A stretch of 62,581 nt of DNA, filler included, from Atractiella rhizophila (taxonomy: Eukaryota): the NCBI GenBank assembly GCA_021432655.1. It is 29 parts of 29 records of this genome, joined end to end, with 100 filler letters (N's around TTAATTAATTAA, not from the genome) between each part and the next. Parts side by side here need not be neighbours in the genome. Positions count along the whole stretch, not along the records: positions 11,001 to 13,088 come from MU272763.1; positions 13,189 to 15,275 come from MU272764.1; positions 15,376 to 17,460 come from MU272765.1; positions 17,561 to 19,645 come from MU272766.1; positions 19,746 to 21,813 come from MU272767.1; positions 21,914 to 23,977 come from MU272768.1; positions 24,078 to 26,141 come from MU272769.1; 22 more parts are not named here. One strand, written 5' to 3'. The stretch's first letter is position 1. The number at the start of each line of letters is the position of its first letter. The position numbers were made by a program, and so were the translations under genes. Positions 12,145 to 24,937 of this stretch are shown one piece after another. A model generated the notes under the pieces. It did no database searches. It was given only the letters and a program-made list of their open reading frames with translations, and was not told where the DNA came from.

Positions 12145-12798
12145 CGTGGTTGATCACTGCTCCTGCAAGCCCATCGGAAAGACACGGATCGCCGTGACGT
12201 AGCTTCCCCAGTGACTCACACTCCTCCAGACCACTGAAATGAGATGTTTTTGCATGTTTTATGCAGATTATCATCTGTAAGGACAGAGTTGTGTCTGTTA
12301 TATGATGTTGAGTTGGGTAATTGGGTAGAAGATTGCCAGTGAAGGCCTAAGATTAGCTCGCGATGTAGGAAGCACTCTGAGCTATTGCAGAAGCAAGTAG
12401 CTTATTCTCAGTAGACTACTGCCGTTAAATCATCTAAAAGGATCCCTACGAGGACCAACGCCGTCTGAAATGCATTTGTTGATCTTATTATCTCATGTGT
12501 TGAACATGCCTCAGCACCATCCCATTTCGCGATCTCGTCGTGTTCGTGCAGAAACATTTGAGTTTCCAGATAACCACCCATCCCTCAATAGGCCTGCAGC
12601 TATATCAAGGTGCTCTTGCACTACAATTTCGCTGGCCTCGCAGAAGTTCGCTTTTCGCCGACTCGACGCGTGTGGCATGCGCGACTCGACGTGCTTACAA
12701 CCACGTGAGCTTTCCTGACAAGAAGCCCAAACAAAACGACCACTCCAGTCTTTCTTCTGTGCATTTTGCCTGTCTCTTCTTCTCTTGACCTACGCGCG

Positions 12799-13088
12799 AT
12801 GGCTCCCAAGCGGAAAGCAGCATCAGAAGCGACCTCGGCTCCTCCAACCAAGAAGACTGCGACGAGGTCCTCAAAGAGAGCTGCAAGTGGAGCGTCTGGA
12901 TCGACATCGAAAAGTGGAGGAAGGGGCAAAAAGAAGAGCGCTCCTATAGTTGAGGATGCCACGATGAGCAGCGATAACAGCGTGGAAGAGGTCGCACCAA
13001 AGAAAATATCTCAGGTTGCTTCCGCCCCTGCTGGTCCAGAGGCAATCCTTGAGAAGTACGTGGATAAGGACGCCAAAGTCGAGGGAAC
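12799..13088 (+). CDS. Hypothetical protein N-terminus, K/S/A-rich with NLS-like MAPKRK
   Basis: ATG at 12799, open to the contig end; low-complexity basic sequence. Confidence 0.55.
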
Positions 13089-13204
13089 NNNNNNNNNNNN
13101 NNNNNNNNNNNNNNNNNNNNNNNNNNNNNNNNTTAATTAATTAANNNNNNNNNNNNNNNNNNNNNNNNNNNNNNNNNNNNNNNNNNNNCTTACGGTGTTC
13201 TCAG

Positions 13205-14228
13205 CTCAATATCGATCAAATAAATGACCTCTACCAATTTGGCCATTATCAATATACAATTGGGCATTACAGCGGATCCTCAGATTACCTCTACCATTTC
13301 TGCGTGCTCTCCCCCGACAATGCGCTAGTCACATCTGCACTTTGGGGCAAACTGGTTTCAGATATTTTGGAAGGTTCCTGGACTGCAGCTTTGGATGGTC
13401 TGGACCGCTTGCGAGAGAACATTGAATCTCGATTCGGTTCCGTGTCTGCAGCAACGGGAGGGAGTGGAGGAGGAACAATCGGATTGAAGGAGCGAACATG
13501 GTGGTTGCATTGGAGTCTATTTGTCTACTGGAATGCGGAAAACGGCCGCTCAGCTCTTGTCGACAGCTGGCTCTCTCAAAGCTACTTGAACGCGATTCAG
13601 ACAGCTTCGCCGCATTTGTTACGTTATCTTGTGGTCGCCCTCGTCATCTCTAGGTCTTCGAGTCCATCATCGCGTCATACTTCGCGTTCAGCTGATCATG
13701 CCCTCCGAGAGATTGTTCGCGGCGTCGTGCAGGAAAAATATCAGTATTCCGACCCGATCACCGAGTTCGTCTTCCAGCTTTACCAAGAAGTGAATTTCGA
13801 GCAGGCTCGACAAGAACTTGATAAATGTGAAGATGTGATGCGCCAGGACTTCTTTTTGGATGAGTTTTCGGAAGAGTTCCTCGAAGGGGCCCGCGCCTTG
13901 GTCTCGGAGGTTTACTGTAAAATTCATCGCAAGATAGACATTGCCGATTTATCAGACAGACTGGGACTATCTAAGGCGGAAGGCGAGCGCTGGATTGTGA
14001 ACCTTGTGCGGGAAGCCCGACTCGATGCGAAAATCGATTTCAAAGAAGTGCGTATTTTCAGCTAATAACGGTTTTCCCCTTTCCTGATTGTGAAGCTAGA
14101 ACGCCGTCCATATGAATCATTCCACTCCGTCACCATACCAGAAAGTGATTGAGCTAACGAAAGGCATCCAGCTCAACAACTCCTTTCATTATGTGCTTCA
14201 TCCACATCTTATGACCAAGACCGCATAG
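13205..14228 (+). CDS. INT6: Translation initiation factor eIF3 subunit E (Int6), 5'-truncated
   Basis: YLYHF..SALWGKL, ERTWWLHWSLFVY, YLNAIQT..PHLLRYL, YQYSDPITEF and PCI-domain AEGERWIVNLVREARLDAKIDF. Intron ~14049-14099; the exact 3' end is uncertain. Confidence 0.95.
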
Positions 14229-14351
14229 ATTGGTGCAAGTGTAATTCTATTGTGATGCTGACGGTGCATCTCCTACTTGGATTGTGGCAGATACAAACAA
14301 AGTCACTACTGTACAAAGGACACAGAACACAGAAGGGCAGACAACGACAGT

Positions 14352-15190
14352 CTAAATATCATCAATGTCTAAAGGAGGGTAGCTGTTAGTAGAAGGACCC
14401 GTGGAGAGACGATGCACATACCTTGCTCCTCGAACTGAAAGGAAGAGGATAATGTCAGAAAGGTCTAAGCGATCAGATGCACTCACCTCGAAGTTGCATT
14501 CCTCGTCCTATTCGGAGTCAGTAAGTTTGATAACACGATGAACAAATGAAATATCTACCTCTGGGCCGAAAGTATCCGTTTCATTGATTTTGGCTACAGG
14601 TTGTTGTTAGTAGAAGTCGATCCCACTAAAGAAAGCAAACCAGTTTCGGGCAATTCTCCATAAGCTTTGAGATTTCTAGCCTCATCAGATGAGTACTTCT
14701 GGATTACGTCGGCTTTGCCGTCTTGGAAATCTCGGAGAGACAGGAGAATGATGTCTCCTTGGTTGATCCAAACCTAGCAAGGCAACCATGATGAGCGACC
14801 AGTGACCACAATGACGAACGAAGAAAGCTAACCTTCTTACGCATTTTCCCTCGAATATGGGCTAAACGTTTCTCACCATCAAAGCAGAATGCTTCCAAGC
14901 GCCCGTTTCCCAACATCTTTGTCACTTGGGCATATTCTGGCGGAGAAATTAGGCTAGAAGGAAGCGATCACGCCAGAAGTTGGGGTACCTTGACCATCCT
15001 CCTTGAATACAAGTTCTCGCTTTTCAGACTCATTCTCATTCTTTCCCCTTCGTCTGTTTTTACCACCCTTGAGCAGCTGTCAGCTCCTAACGAGCAGGTG
15101 ACTCGAAGGCAGGAACCGACCTTTCCTTTGTTCTAAAAGAATGTAAGTAACAATCAAGTAAGAAAGAGACCGTAACATTACCTTTGGCAT
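14352..15190 (-). CDS. TIF11: Translation initiation factor eIF1A, complete, 9 exons
   Basis: Exons 15190-15182, 15132-15121, 15067-14989, 14936-14833, 14773-14641, 14593-14559, 14507-14487, 14434-14422 and 14368-14352 total 423 nt (140 aa). Sequence [49 protein letters not shown]...DIDDI*. Confidence 0.95.
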
Positions 15191-16274
15191 GATTTCCTGA
15201 TTATTTTAGGTCCTGCAGAAAAATCGTCGATTCAATTCGTCAACCAAAGGAGGCAGATCAGATCGATTCTCTTTTNNNNNNNNNNNNNNNNNNNNNNNNN
15301 NNNNNNNNNNNNNNNNNNNTTAATTAATTAANNNNNNNNNNNNNNNNNNNNNNNNNNNNNNNNNNNNNNNNNNNNGTGGCCTATTGCAGGGTACATGCAG
15401 CTGAGATCAAATCGACCTTATTACCGAATGCGCCTACCTGCGGTTCCGTCATGTCGAAGCTCAGAGAAGTCAGTGACGTACAACTGAGCGCTCCAAAGTC
15501 CTAAATATAAAGTGAAAGTAGAGAGGGTTAGGAAATTCAAAATTTGACTTTTTCAGAGTCGGAAATTCAAAAATTGCAACACATAGTTTTCTATATCCTG
15601 ATAGGTATTTGAGGCTCCCTGGATGTCTATAAAGTGATTCTGAGGCCGATTGAGTGGATTTTAAGGAAGATATAGCAGCCTTACAGCATCCAGCTGTAGT
15701 TGTACACTGCAGTAGTTTTCCTGTAGTGTTCACAACGTCAACCAGTGTCAACCAAAATGCCTTCGCCAATGCTCTCTACCACCCTGCATGGAATACTATT
15801 CGGCTCTCAAGCCCCTGCTAGAAGCTCCAGTGTCAACATACTCGAAAGTTGTACAGAAGAGGAGGATATTCTTGACATGAGAAGCTGTCAAACCATGCAA
15901 CGAAGAGAATAGTACTCACGAGAATAGGTATTGGGGGCTTGCGACGTCTAGTTGTAGTTGGACTTGATGGCAGGTGGATGGTGAATGTCGTTCCCAGAAA
16001 TGATTTATGTTCCCCTTCAAAATTCCATGACTTCAAACAGCTCTCCCTCAGTCCACAGCAACCACAGCAAGAACAGAATTGCGGCTACAAGCTCATTGAC
16101 TGTATTCCTACATTCCCATTGCATTTTACAATTTATTTGAAAATTCACCCAACTTTTTTGAATTTCCTAAGTACGAGATAACAGATAAGCATGAGTCTTG
16201 CACTTGCAGGTGAAGGGCTTTTATAGCTAAGATCCCTGTGGTAAAAGAAAAGTTGCTACAGTTCTAGAACACGC

Positions 16275-17460
16275 TCAACGAAAGTAGAAACGCGCAAGTG
16301 CGCAAGTGGCGAAAGGAGGCTTTCCTTCAAGTGTGGAGGTACGGCACCAGTTGATGATATGGATAGTGGCCATGGCGAGTTCTCCCCACAACTTCTTGGG
16401 GGGATCGGATGTGTGTAGCGTTGAGCGAATGAGGGCGGCAATTGTCAGGTTGAGGCGTTCGGCAATGCCATTCTGCTGAGGTGTGTAGGCGGCTGTGTGC
16501 TCATGTTTGATCCCGTGGGATTTGAGGTATGTCTTGAACTCGTTGCTTGTATATTCGCCGCCATTGTCTGACCTTATTCTTTTGATCTTCAGGCCGGTTT
16601 CGAGTTCAACTTTCGCTTTGAATTCCTTGAACGCGGAGAAGACATCGGATTTGTACTTCAGTAAGTAAATCCACTTTCTTCTCGTTGTGTCGTCCGTAAA
16701 GCTGAGCCAGTATTCAGATCCTCCAAATGATTTGACAGGCGCAGGACCCCATACGTCGGCGTGGATCAGTTCGAGCTTCTCTTTGCGCGTTTGGTGGGGC
16801 CGGAGGGGAATGGGGGTTTGCGTTGTTGACCAAGGAGGCATCCGATGCATCGTGAGTGGTGATCCTCATCTCCTATCTCTAGTCCTCTGACCATTCCCTT
16901 TTCTTGCAACAGCTTGAGGCTCCCGCTCCCGATGTGACCTAAACGACAGTGCCAGACATGCGAAGAAGCCAGCTTTGCGGTGTTCGTGAGTTTTGAGCTT
17001 GCGCTTTCGTTCATGATTACTGGTGCATCCAATCTTTGCAGTCCGCCTTCAGCAACGATTTCAGCGACCACAGTACCATCACCCTTCACCACCTTCCCTG
17101 GCCTGTTCACGGAGAATACAACGTCGAAATCACGGGTGTTCAACTTGTCGTGGAGAGGACGGTGCAGTAGATTTCGGGGTCATAGAGAGTGTCAGTGAGT
17201 TCAATTTCTCTTTCTACTCCTTTGACCTTTGTTAACACTTTGACAGTGCCAATGCCAATTGCTTGTGTGACGACGCCATGGGATGAGTGGATGCGACACG
17301 AGTGGGGCTTGAGTGAGGAGAACCAATCTGCCAAGGGCACAATGTGTTCCTTGGCAGTGGAATCGACGTAGATCCCTTCACGGTGCGTTCCATCCCCCGT
17401 AACCATGTGGAAAGCCTCTGAGATTCTGGCTTCTCCAGGCTTCTCTCCTCCTTCTCTCTT
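16275..17460 (-). mobile_element. Ty1/Copia pol relic (protease, GAG-pre-integrase, integrase core)
   Basis: YVDSTAKEH, WHCRLGHIG, LELIHADVWGP, FTDDTTR, RSDNGGEY and TPQQNGIAERLN in Copia order, with frameshifts. Confidence 0.92.
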
Positions 17461-17560
17461 NNNNNNNNNNNNNNNNNNNNNNNNNNNNNNNNNNNNNNNN
17501 NNNNTTAATTAATTAANNNNNNNNNNNNNNNNNNNNNNNNNNNNNNNNNNNNNNNNNNNN

Positions 17561-17765
17561 TCGAGAAGATGGTCAATCCCCCTGGTCCGCCGGTGTGCGC
17601 GACGGGAAGGAGCATGCGATAAGTGGTTCCGAAAATAATGTAGTCTTCCCCATCGCCGTTCTTCAGCCCGTAAGGGAGTGCGTCCGAGACGTTGAACGGT
17701 GAGGAGACGTAGAAATCCCGAGCGAAAACTATGGAAAGGAGAGAAAGGAGAGGAATGGAACGCAT
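17561..17765 (-). CDS. Secreted protein N-terminus, unknown function
   Basis: Signal-peptide-like MRSIPLLSLLSIVFA, with TATAAAAG about 50 bp upstream; truncated by the contig end. Confidence 0.6.
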
Positions 17766-18931
17766 TTTGAGCAATGTCGATGATGAAAAGGACGCACTAA
17801 CCTGCAGACACTTTTATATTCTAATAATGCAAAGGATGAGATCGAGGGAGCGCCGAGCGTGAGTGCCCTAGAGACACGAAGGAGGCAAAAAGTACTCGGT
17901 ATAATGAAACATCCTAGGATAGATCGTGTGCTTTGAACCTGTGGTCATAGCTCCCGAATCCTTGGACGCGCAAAACTGGATGGAGATCGAGAGAACCGTC
18001 TTGAAAGGGTATGAGCTTGGATGATGCGATGATAAAGCTTAAGGTAGGGATAGACTAGAAACTCGAAGCTTGAATAACATCGAAGAATCTGAGCTGTAGG
18101 CGTTTCGCGATCACAAGCGAAGATGAGATTCATGAGACACGGGAGGATTGATCGAGCATCCGGCCGACCAAGCCAGCCGACATTTCCTGCTCGTGGACGT
18201 CTGGCTACTCAACAGCGCTTAGCTAGCATCAGGGTTGACTTTGCTCATTAGTGGAGAACTGTAGTGCTGTTCACTGAATGCTGTGCATAAACAACTTGAA
18301 GTGCGTTTGGATCCGAACTGAAACTTGAAAGTGATATCTTTGAAAACATATTGCTTTGCCTTGCAGTTGCCATGACTGCGACCATTGTGACTGGAAGCAC
18401 GTAGGCAAGATAGCTCTAGGATAAGGTATCAGTGTGCAACATACGATTCCTTGACCTGAACTTGACGAGGAGCCAAACAGTCAAACAACGAGCTTGGCAA
18501 GTCAAAGCAAAAGTTTTCGGTGCCAGAAAACGGTGGTCAGATGAAGGAGATATCAATTGCTAGAGGGTATGTGTTTCTACATTCTGATGAGGGGAACTAA
18601 CACAGTCTTTATGTAGGAAAGGATGGGTTCGGCGAGCTTCTCTTTGAAGCCACGCAAAACACGGCATGAGGTTATCTCTCGTTCGTCGACTCCTCCAATG
18701 CTTACATTGAACCTTGTTCACTGGTCAAGACTGTGGAGCATACTTACTTTCACACTCCTCCTCGATCGTAACCTCAGTCTTTCAGTCGCTTACCCCAATC
18801 GCATTCTTTTGTTCATACGGCAGCCCTCTCCTGTCAGTGTCACGTGAGGCCCTTGCCTTAAAGAGTGACATCGACATGAATGATAAGAACAGAACGAGAG
18901 AGGTTTTTGGGAAAGATTAGGGAACTAGGAG

Positions 18932-19568
18932 ATGACGACTCCACTCCCTCGCCTTCGAATGCCTTTGAATCCCAAGACTCTCCTCCTCCGATCGGCTTAC
19001 ATTGACACCCAACCACCTCTACAAGATTGGTTTATGGGCTTGCAAGAATGCGACTTTTTCATCGAACTCGATTCAATAGATATTATTACATCGCAGCCCA
19101 CCGCGCCTTCGTTTGGACACTCCTCCCTCATTATCATTACCATTCTCCCTCCTAGTCATCTTTCTTCTCGGCTCCACCACAACTCTCTAGTATCTTCAAG
19201 TCTTTCAATCACATGGCTTTGGAAACGACGATGCATACCATACGTTCTGGATGGAATCCTTCCGGCTCTTCCATCTTGTCAAGAAATCTCTCCAACACTT
19301 GTACCTTCACGGCTATTCTAACAACAAATGTGTCGAACATCAATTCGTCACTCCACTCCTCCCACGTTTACTCACGCTCAAAATACCGACAAACTTCATC
19401 CGAAACCTTCTCGATTCTTTCCCACATCTTCCACTTTCATCACGGGTGATCAAGTTGTGGCCATCCCGCGTCGAAATAATGAACGGGAAATTGACCCTTG
19501 ACAGTTGGTATCTGATCACTGACCGGATACGACCGGTATTCGACAACCTGCAAGTTCAAGCACTTTAA
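18932..19568 (+). CDS. LRR-like (F-box-associated type) protein fragment, possibly degenerate
   Basis: SLQHLYLHG and LPRLLTLKIP fit LxxLxL patterns. A frame change separates ORFs 18932 and 19251. Confidence 0.3.
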
Positions 19569-19745
19569 AAGCAGTTCGGATGCCTTTGTGTCCATCGACG
19601 AGGACGTGAATTTCCTCGGGGTCGCACAATCCTAAAAGTTAACCANNNNNNNNNNNNNNNNNNNNNNNNNNNNNNNNNNNNNNNNNNNNTTAATTAATTA
19701 ANNNNNNNNNNNNNNNNNNNNNNNNNNNNNNNNNNNNNNNNNNNN

Positions 19746-20394
19746 AGTCGGACTGGCTCAGGAGTACATCTGCAGAAAGACACTGTCGCACGGCGTTCCT
19801 CTTCCCAACAACCCCATGACTTCGTGTTCAACGTAAGGAGAGGCAGCATACCTAGGACATCCAGCAAGTCTACTTCTTTCTCACTCCTATCGTCCTGCTC
19901 ACAGCGACAAAGAAAGACCTCCCCAACCCGGTCCTTGAAAGCTTCCTCGCCATCCGCCCAACCTCCACTCCAACCTTCTAGTAATAAATAATGCGCCACC
20001 ATCTCTGGCATCAGTTCAGTCCAGCGTCTATCCTCTTCGACAAGTTTACTAACATAACGTTCTGATCGATAGCTCTTGCGAAGGAATTGTCGAGCGCGAT
20101 CCAAACTGGACTGGCGTGGGTCGGAGTGGGTGTCACCGTCCTCCCATTCCCAATCAAATGGTTGTGCACCTTCTGAAATATTCGGGAGAGGGACGGCTGA
20201 GGAGTTTGGTGATGGAGGGAGGAAGGAGAGGAATGCGAGAAGTCGATGGCATCCATAATCACGTCCTGGGTTCGAGATTTGGCGAGAAATGCGTCTGCTC
20301 TTCTGCCTGACAGACGACCTGAGCTGGTGAACAACGTTGTCTTGCCATTATCCTTGAGCGGTCTGACACGCCGGCCGTCTCGAGAACGCTTCAT
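19746..20394 (-). mobile_element. CxC1 cysteine-cluster N-terminal region of a KDZ (Kyakuja-Dileera-Zisupton) transposase
   Basis: WTELMPEMVAHYL...CRCEQDDRSEKEVDLLD, an intron, then RRATVSFCRCTPEPVRL, matching the CxC..VDLxD..FCxC CxC1 pattern. Frame change in the N-terminal part. Confidence 0.7.
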
Positions 20395-21429
20395 GGGAGC
20401 GAGGTTGTCGAGACTAGGGAGGGTGGATTGGGGATGGAATGATCGGTTCGGTTTAGACGTCCAAGGTGGTTCACGAACGTACGCGTCTTAAACCTTGAAG
20501 GAGGGAGGATGAGGAGCAGAAGTTGTTATGATGTGGTCAGAGTTGTCATTTTCCCGACCGCACTGCCAACTCACAAGTTGTGAATCGTTTTGAGAATTGG
20601 CTGGCGTGCTGGTCTCAAAGACCGTGAATCTGGTCTTCATTTCTCGGTCTCGTTGTCCTCTAGAACAGCCGACTGGGGTGAATGTGATGGTGGAATCAAG
20701 GAATCTTAAAATCGGATATCCACGGTACCTTCCTCTGTCGTGGATGTCCACAATTTTGGCGAGCAACTATAAAGTATATACCTCAAAGTACATGATAGAA
20801 CAAACTAGGCAAAATGGCATCAAGCCGCAACTGAAGAATGAATGTTGGCATGTCAGGATTAGTCGCATACCGAGTAGCCTACGCACTAAGAGTCCAGAAT
20901 ATTGCTCCAGAAAGATGCCTTAAAACTGCTAAGAATGCCTCTGGCCTCGTATTCTTCACGTCAATCCCATCCAAATGAGGTCAATGAGGGATAACAGAGG
21001 CTAAGGTCCAATGCAGCTGTCCTCAGCTTCCGCAGAAGCTGGACCTCAGGCTGAGAAAGATGTAACAGGGCCCTGCAGAAATCTGAAACCCCAAGTGCTT
21101 TTTCCTTGAATTTGACTTGTATGCGAAGGAGCGCAACAACAATACCTTCACAGTGGGAGATGTTCGAAGGCTAAGATGAGGAGCCACAAGAACTCCGAAA
21201 GCATGGTTTGCAAGGCTCATGTCGGCTTTCAGCCCTCCGTAGAGCAACGAAAGTTCGTTGTATTTGATTCCATACATTGCAGGATTTGACCATTCTGATC
21301 TCTGCAATTGTTGGGCAGGATCTACTGAACAGTCATTCTGCACTGTTCGCCCAGTGCGCGTAGGACTATTGGTTCGAGGGCAGTGTAGCAAGGGGGCGTT
21401 AAAAGCTTATTTCTGCGTGTCGACGTCTG

Positions 21430-21813
21430 AAGGTTTATTGCCTATCCTTGGATTTCCTTTGTTTGATGGCGACCGTGAACACTGGTTTCGATCTCGGCCC
21501 TTTGTAGCACTTGGCCTTTTCGATACTCTCTGCCAAACTGCTGTTGCTGCCGAAGTTGGGCATAATGGGCGAATGGGCTGCCATATTAATGGATGTACAT
21601 TGATAGGTGCATATCAACCTGGTGCTCCGACCTACTACTTTCCTCTCACACGCCCCGACGATTATTTTGAGCCATTATCCATGCAGCCGAACTACGATCC
21701 TTACAACCTTCCCACGGAGACTCCGGATCAATACCGTGCCCATGTTGCAGCCATTCTCCAAGCGACAGCAAAAGATCAACCAACTCTTCAGAAGCGCCTT
21801 CAAAGAGAGTATG
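21430..21813 (+). mobile_element. CACTA/Tnp2-like transposase fragment
   Basis: GFPLFDGDREHWFRSRPFVALGLFDT...VGHNGRMGCHINGCTLIG..TYYFPL..YDPYNLP, typical of fungal Tnp2-like proteins. Confidence 0.6.
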
Positions 21814-21913
21814 NNNNNNNNNNNNNNNNNNNNNNNNNNNNNNNNNNNNNNNNNNNNTTAATTAATTAANNNNNNNNNNNNNNNNNNNNNNNNNNNNNNN
21901 NNNNNNNNNNNNN

Positions 21914-22803
21914 TGATGAGATGACTTACCAAATCGATAAACCACTCCGTCAAATCGTGGAGCCGCTTGAAAGTTCCACGGGAAGGTTCTTTGTTTTAAG
22001 TTAGTAACCATGCTCAACAGACACGGCCTGAACGAACGCATATCCGAGCAATCCACTTAAGCCGCCGTCCTAATTACCCTTCAACACTGGATGACAGCAT
22101 ATTATCTTGTACGCACCCTGAAAGCCACGGTATACAGGTTCAAGTCCCCTGGTCCTCCCCTCCTCAGGGAGTTCTTCATTTGAACTGCATAGTCGTTCTC
22201 AGCTCCAGTGCTTCGAACCGGCCCAGCGGCATAGAACCAGGCAGCGTTCTGCACCCTATCGATCGCCGCAAGCCTGTAAGAAGTCCTCGTTGCTGCCATC
22301 TGTTGATTCAGGGTTGTACTATACCAGACAGGAATAATGAGTCGTCGCAGACAGTTGACATCGAGTGACCTACATATGTGTGAATATCTGATCATCGGTG
22401 AGGAATCCACCAGCAGCATCAGGCGTTGCAAAGACGTTGTGGAAGTCTATCCCCATCTCAGCTATTTTCCAGGCTAGTAAAGTAGGGAAAGTACGCACAG
22501 ACGTTGATGGGATTCAAGGCTCTGGCCGTCAGAGTGATGTCTCTTTCAACCTCATGCGAAAAATCATCGAGCGTCAATCCCTTATCGTGCAACAATTGCA
22601 TGAAATTGGCGTCCGCTTCTGTCGCTTGTTCGGAGGATATGGAAGTGCCACATCGACTGTGCAAAGAAGTATCAGAACAAAGTCACGATGGGGGTCGGAA
22701 GGAGGGCGTGATGGACGGACTCGACCGACGGTGCAGTTAAAGCGCTAGGTGCAGCTATGGCTCCCGTAGCGGCGAGGAGGAGAGGGATGAACTTGAAGAC
22801 CAT
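21914..22803 (-). CDS. Secreted M43 (pappalysin-like, MEP1-type) zinc metalloprotease, 3'-truncated
   Basis: Signal peptide MVFKFIPLLLAATGAIA, RCGT cysteine switch, MKNSLRRGGPGDLNLYTV, GLLGY..TFPW..DGVV. The HEXXH motif lies beyond the contig end. Confidence 0.85.
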
Positions 22804-22884
22804 TTCTTTAAATTCCGGAAGAGAGGAAGGAGAAGCAGAAGAAAGCACGTCGCTGCTTTGTCTGAGATGGAGATATGTCAAGCG

Positions 22885-22892
22885 CTTTTATA
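22885..22892 (-). promoter_or_regulatory. TATA box of the metalloprotease gene
   Basis: TATAAAAG about 80 bp upstream of the ATG at 22803. Confidence 0.5.
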
Positions 22893-24937
22893 CCTTGCCT
22901 TCAATGGTATTCAAGTTCCATGTTTCTGGACCGTCTATAGACCAGTGCTTAGGCATGAAGAACTCTTGGTGGCTCCAAAGGCAATGGTAGTTTGTGGCGG
23001 TGGGAGCCGGCGGGACATCCACTTCAAGTTGTGCTGTCAAGCACGTGTTAGGAGCCAGTGAGGAGGAATGCATCTTCAAATATTGACATTAAAGCACAAC
23101 ATCTGATAGCTAGAAATGGTGAACACGATCGCTCGTATTGAATGATGCTTACTATCGCGTAGCATCGTACTGATGGAACAACAGTGCGCTGAGGCATGCG
23201 TTAGCCGCGGTAACGTTTGCAGAAAACAGAAAGTGCTAACGCCCATCTGCCAACTCTCAGATTCGGAGGATTTCAGACTTCCAAATCCAATTATCCAATA
23301 TGCGTGCCAACCTTTGCTTAGTGTAATTCGTCCATAAAGTCCATGAGCCTAATGATCAACGCTGCACGTCTTTAACTAGTTGAGCATCATGCATTCCTAA
23401 ATGGCGTGGCAATATCTGTCCCAATTTCGTCGACCTCTCCTTCCACAATTTGGGAAAGACTCATCGCATGACCAGGTTCTGAGTTTAAGATGAATGTAAG
23501 CTAAGAGCAAAAAGAGGGGCACAAAGCGACCAGGACAAACGCCTAGACCCATATTCGTCGACGTGGCCTCCGCACCGTCATCTACTCCTAGCGTATCTTC
23601 ATAGCCTGGATACTTCCAGTCGTTCCCACATCATCACCACACGAATTCTCATAAGCGCTTGAAACCTTTCGCACTGACGAGGGCAGCGTGCAACTATTTA
23701 CTGGCATGTTCACCAATCCCTGCCCCTGATGTGATCTCAGAGAACGCGAAAATATCTTTACGGCCATGAACTGATCGCACAATTTGCTCCCATTGACAAT
23801 GCCTGTCCTTACCGCGCGATACTGATGATTCGAAATGAGACTTGTGATTAGGCTCAACTCGACGGAATAACGAACTCAGCATTCGAGGTAGACCGGGTGC
23901 AAGCAGGCAGAAAGACAAGAGGGAATGAAATCAGTCATCGCGAAGAAGGAAGTAGAGCACCTAGGAAAGATGGCCGTNNNNNNNNNNNNNNNNNNNNNNN
24001 NNNNNNNNNNNNNNNNNNNNNTTAATTAATTAANNNNNNNNNNNNNNNNNNNNNNNNNNNNNNNNNNNNNNNNNNNNTGGGTGCCCTTTCCCCGTGAAGA
24101 GCCGGGAAGAAGCAGGAAGGGGAGAAGGAGGTAGTCGGGGTTGAGAGGAGGCAGAGAATGGTTTCCCGGCGCTTGTAACGTTACTAAATCACGATGGAGA
24201 GCTTCATGACCCGTAGGTCGCAAAAAGCTCGTTAATGGATTTCATCATCATCATCATCATCTCTTAGATTTGGTAATCCTGCTCGAGTAAAGCGGATGCA
24301 AGTTAATCCAAGGCATTTTGATGTTTGATAATCAGACTTGAAGAATACTAGGAAGTAGCCGCTTTGTCGCTCAATATTCGTGTTTGAAGGAGGGAGTGCA
24401 ACATCAGAAACAGCTTTTATGGTCACTTCCAGGGGCTACTGCGTACAAAGTGTCTCCTGCAAACAATGCCAGCCAAGAATCTATCCGATGCGACGGAGTA
24501 TTCAACAGCCAGATCCCTTTGTACATCGAAGGGTTTGTACTTTGTCGCTTTTGCTTGAATAGTATTGGACTGTTCCGTTATCCAGGCTCAGGACTCCTTT
24601 GTCCAACAAGAACTTATGGCTTGTCACCTTGTCGCAATAATATAATCTAGCCGCACTCCATCTCATCTCGACTCCAAAATCATTTTGTCCAGGCATGTTC
24701 CTGTTCAAAACATCCTAAGTTGTACCTAAGTTGTTTGCCACACGAAGACTCAGACATAGGAGAATCTCGCACGTTTTCGAATCATTGCACAAACCAAACG
24801 ATAGCCTACTAAACGATCTACGGATAATCAAATACTTCACTTGTCCGTGGTACTTTCAACAGCTGCGCCTTGAAATGTCAATAGTACATCAGTGAAAGGA
24901 AAGAAAACTCACGCTGTCACCTCAGAATCACAGCAGT

